A stretch of 64,000 bases of DNA from Nemertoderma westbladi (lineage: Eukaryota; Animalia; Xenacoelomorpha): positions 1 to 64,000 of the forward strand of contig JAUCBJ010001884.1 in assembly GCA_032718475.1 (NCBI GenBank), given 5' to 3'. The notes below the pieces were generated by a model that was not told where the DNA came from, ran no database searches, and saw only the letters and a program-made list of their open reading frames with translations. How positions within the stretch are numbered: position 1 is the stretch's first letter; each line of letters starts with the position of its first letter. Made by a program: the position numbers and the translations under genes. Below are positions 62,233-64,000 of the stretch, one piece after another.

Positions 62233-64000
62233 ATGGAAGAACAATCAAATACAAACTCACCTACCGCAGGTCATCAAGACCAGAGAAAATCATGGGAACG
62301 GGTTTGGTCTACAGATGACATTCGCAGCGGTGCAGGAAACTGGTCGCTAGCATCGGATGCAGGTTTGCTGCTGAAGCTACAGAACTGGTCGAGCACATTG
62401 GTAAGCGCTACTCACACCACCGAGGGTCACGTAGAAGACCTCAACCACTCCCTCAAGGGTGTAGACTGCCAACTCAGGAACATCTTTAATAACTTCAACA
62501 TGTTGGAGAACCAGCAATACGTAGAGAACCGAATCGATCCGTCGCATCTCGCTGCTGAAACGGAGGAACAGCCATCGGCACCGGCAGAACGCACTAAAGC
62601 AGAACGCGAACTGGAACTGGTTTCCGCTGTGAAGGCTGCAGTTGAGTTGGGACTCTCGGTTATGGAGAATGCGTTCCAACGACTCGACGTTAACATCGCT
62701 GCTGACGACTCTGAGGATGAAGAAGGATTTACCAGCGATCCCATCCTCGAACCCAAGGATCTATATGCTCACCGTCCACTGCCATTCATCATCGGAACCA
62801 ACGAGTTCATGCAGGATGACTCGTGTGGGTTGGCCGACCAGTCTGATGAAGATGAAGGTTCCGAAGAGATTGTAGAAGGCCTCGTTGAGAAAGTGGAGGA
62901 AACCGATGAAGATTCGTCAAGTAGCGTCGAGTCCAGCGACGTTAGTGACTCCGGGAAGCCGCCTGTTGCTATTAGTAGATCGCTGCAACCGATGACGTCA
63001 TCAAGCGATGACGAGGTGTCACTTCCGGGTGTACCATCGGGTCCAGCTCCCCCTGTAGACTACTCAACAGCCTCATCAGTAGAAGATGATTCTTTATTCA
63101 CGTCCAAATCAGGATTATTCGCCTCTGGGGCGACTCGATTCAGCGACGAAGAGGACGACATCTTCACAGAGAAACCCACTAGTAAACCTCGACTTCCTCC
63201 CGGTGCGGTATCGGTGTTCGCACCGCCGGGAGTTGTTGCTAGGAAACCAAGTGGTCCGGAAACCCCAGAGGTCAAACCAACGGAAGTAAAACAACCTGAA
63301 GCGAAACCAAGGAAAAGCAACGTGTTTGAGGATTCGGATTCAGACGATTTATTCTCCTTCGCAAAGAAATCAGAGGAACCCAAACGGAAGACCAACACGT
63401 TTCTGTCGATCGAGTCAGATTCCTCGCCTCCACCTCCCCGTGCCGTAGTCCCGTCCAGCCCAGCAGCCGCCCCGCCCACCCGCCCCGCTACTCTCAGTCT
63501 CTTCGACGACAACGCGGATGACGACACTGACGACGACCTGTTTGGAGACATCGACCCGGTCCGTCATGACCCCGTGGACAAACAGAGGACCGGCACTGGG
63601 GTGTTCCGCAACGAGGGGCTCCTCTTCAGTTCCGCCGGACAGATGGATGATGTCCCGGATTACGATCTGTTCACTCCGACTACACCCACCTCTACAGTCG
63701 GTTCATCTGGTGGCATACCCATTGCGAAGGCGGATAAACCCATCTCTGAGTCCGAGAAAACCGTCTCGGAAATGGAAACAACGGATAAGAAAATGGGGAA
63801 GACAGCAGCGGATTCAGAAATTCTCAGCCCCGAAAAACCGTTAGTGACTCCCAAGAAAGAAGTTGCGGTTAAAAAACCGTTTGGTGGTGTTTCTATGTTC
63901 GGTGGAGTCAAACCATTCGGTTCGGATTCCGACAGCGATGATCTGTTCTCTACACCAAAATCGAAACCCGTGCAAAAAGTGAAGGAAAGCAACCGGGAGA
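62233..64000 (+). CDS. WASHC2: WASH complex subunit 2 (FAM21), 5' part; open to the window end with no intron seen
   Basis: My translation gives WERVWSTDDIR..NWSLASDAGLL.KLQ..FNNFNMLENQQYVENRI, then EPKDLYAHRPLPFIIGTNEFMQDD, acidic LFa repeats (SLFDDNADDDTDDDLFG) and KKPFGGVSMFGG. It is missing from the ORF track, presumably because there is no stop in the window. Confidence 0.93.
   Translation, partial: MEEQSNTNSPTAGHQDQRKSWERVWSTDDIRSGAGNWSLASDAGLLLKLQNWSSTLVSATHTTEGHVEDLNHSLKGVDCQLRNIFNNFNMLENQQYVENRIDPSHLAAETEEQPSAPAERTKAERELELVSAVKAAVELGLSVMENAFQRLDVNIAADDSEDEEGFTSDPILEPKDLYAHRPLPFIIGTNEFMQDDSCGLADQSDEDEGSEEIVEGLVEKVEETDEDSSSSVESSDVSDSGKPPVAISRSLQPMTSSSDDEVSLPGVPSGPAPPVDYSTASSVEDDSLFTSKSGLFASGATRFSDEEDDIFTEKPTSKPRLPPGAVSVFAPPGVVARKPSGPETPEVKPTEVKQPEAKPRKSNVFEDSDSDDLFSFAKKSEEPKRKTNTFLSIESDSSPPPPRAVVPSSPAAAPPTRPATLSLFDDNADDDTDDDLFGDIDPVRHDPVDKQRTGTGVFRNEGLLFSSAGQMDDVPDYDLFTPTTPTSTVGSSGGIPIAKADKPISESEKTVSEMETTDKKMGKTAADSEILSPEKPLVTPKKEVAVKKPFGGVSMFGGVKPFGSDSDSDDLFSTPKSKPVQKVKESNRE

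Noticed and set aside
62377-63992. Short ORFs listed near the window end
   Set aside because: Antisense or alternate-frame shadows of WASHC2.

Overview
Repeat-rich animal (invertebrate-type) nuclear DNA, not prokaryotic. It holds three host genes whose coding regions show no introns: an OATP/SLCO transporter (4589-6859), a WD40 protein (18242-19363) and the 5' part of WASHC2/FAM21 (62233 to the window end). There are several satellites, including a 6.3-kb one with higher-order structure, RTE-like LINE fragments, MITE/SINE remnants and a gag-protease-only BEL/Pao element on the minus strand. The main feature is a complete ~24.9-kb BEL/Pao LTR retrotransposon (35607-60465, TSD CCTGG) with 2.1-kb LTRs and a young Gypsy element nested inside it (49910-54889, TSD AGACC). 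Three results stand out. (1) Removing the Gypsy in silico restores a ~1087-codon second ORF in the env position that carries a WRN/EXD2/MUT-7-type DEDDy 3'-5' exonuclease domain. (2) Thirteen same-strand copies of a 20-nt hairpin, GGAAGGCY-YGYG-RGCCTACC, are spread through the element in all three reading frames and in non-coding DNA. (3) An 8-bp scar (5-bp duplication plus CAG/CTG) recurs across the window, and LINE frameshifts and the LTR comparison show it is an insertion. All calls are by eye; no searches were run.
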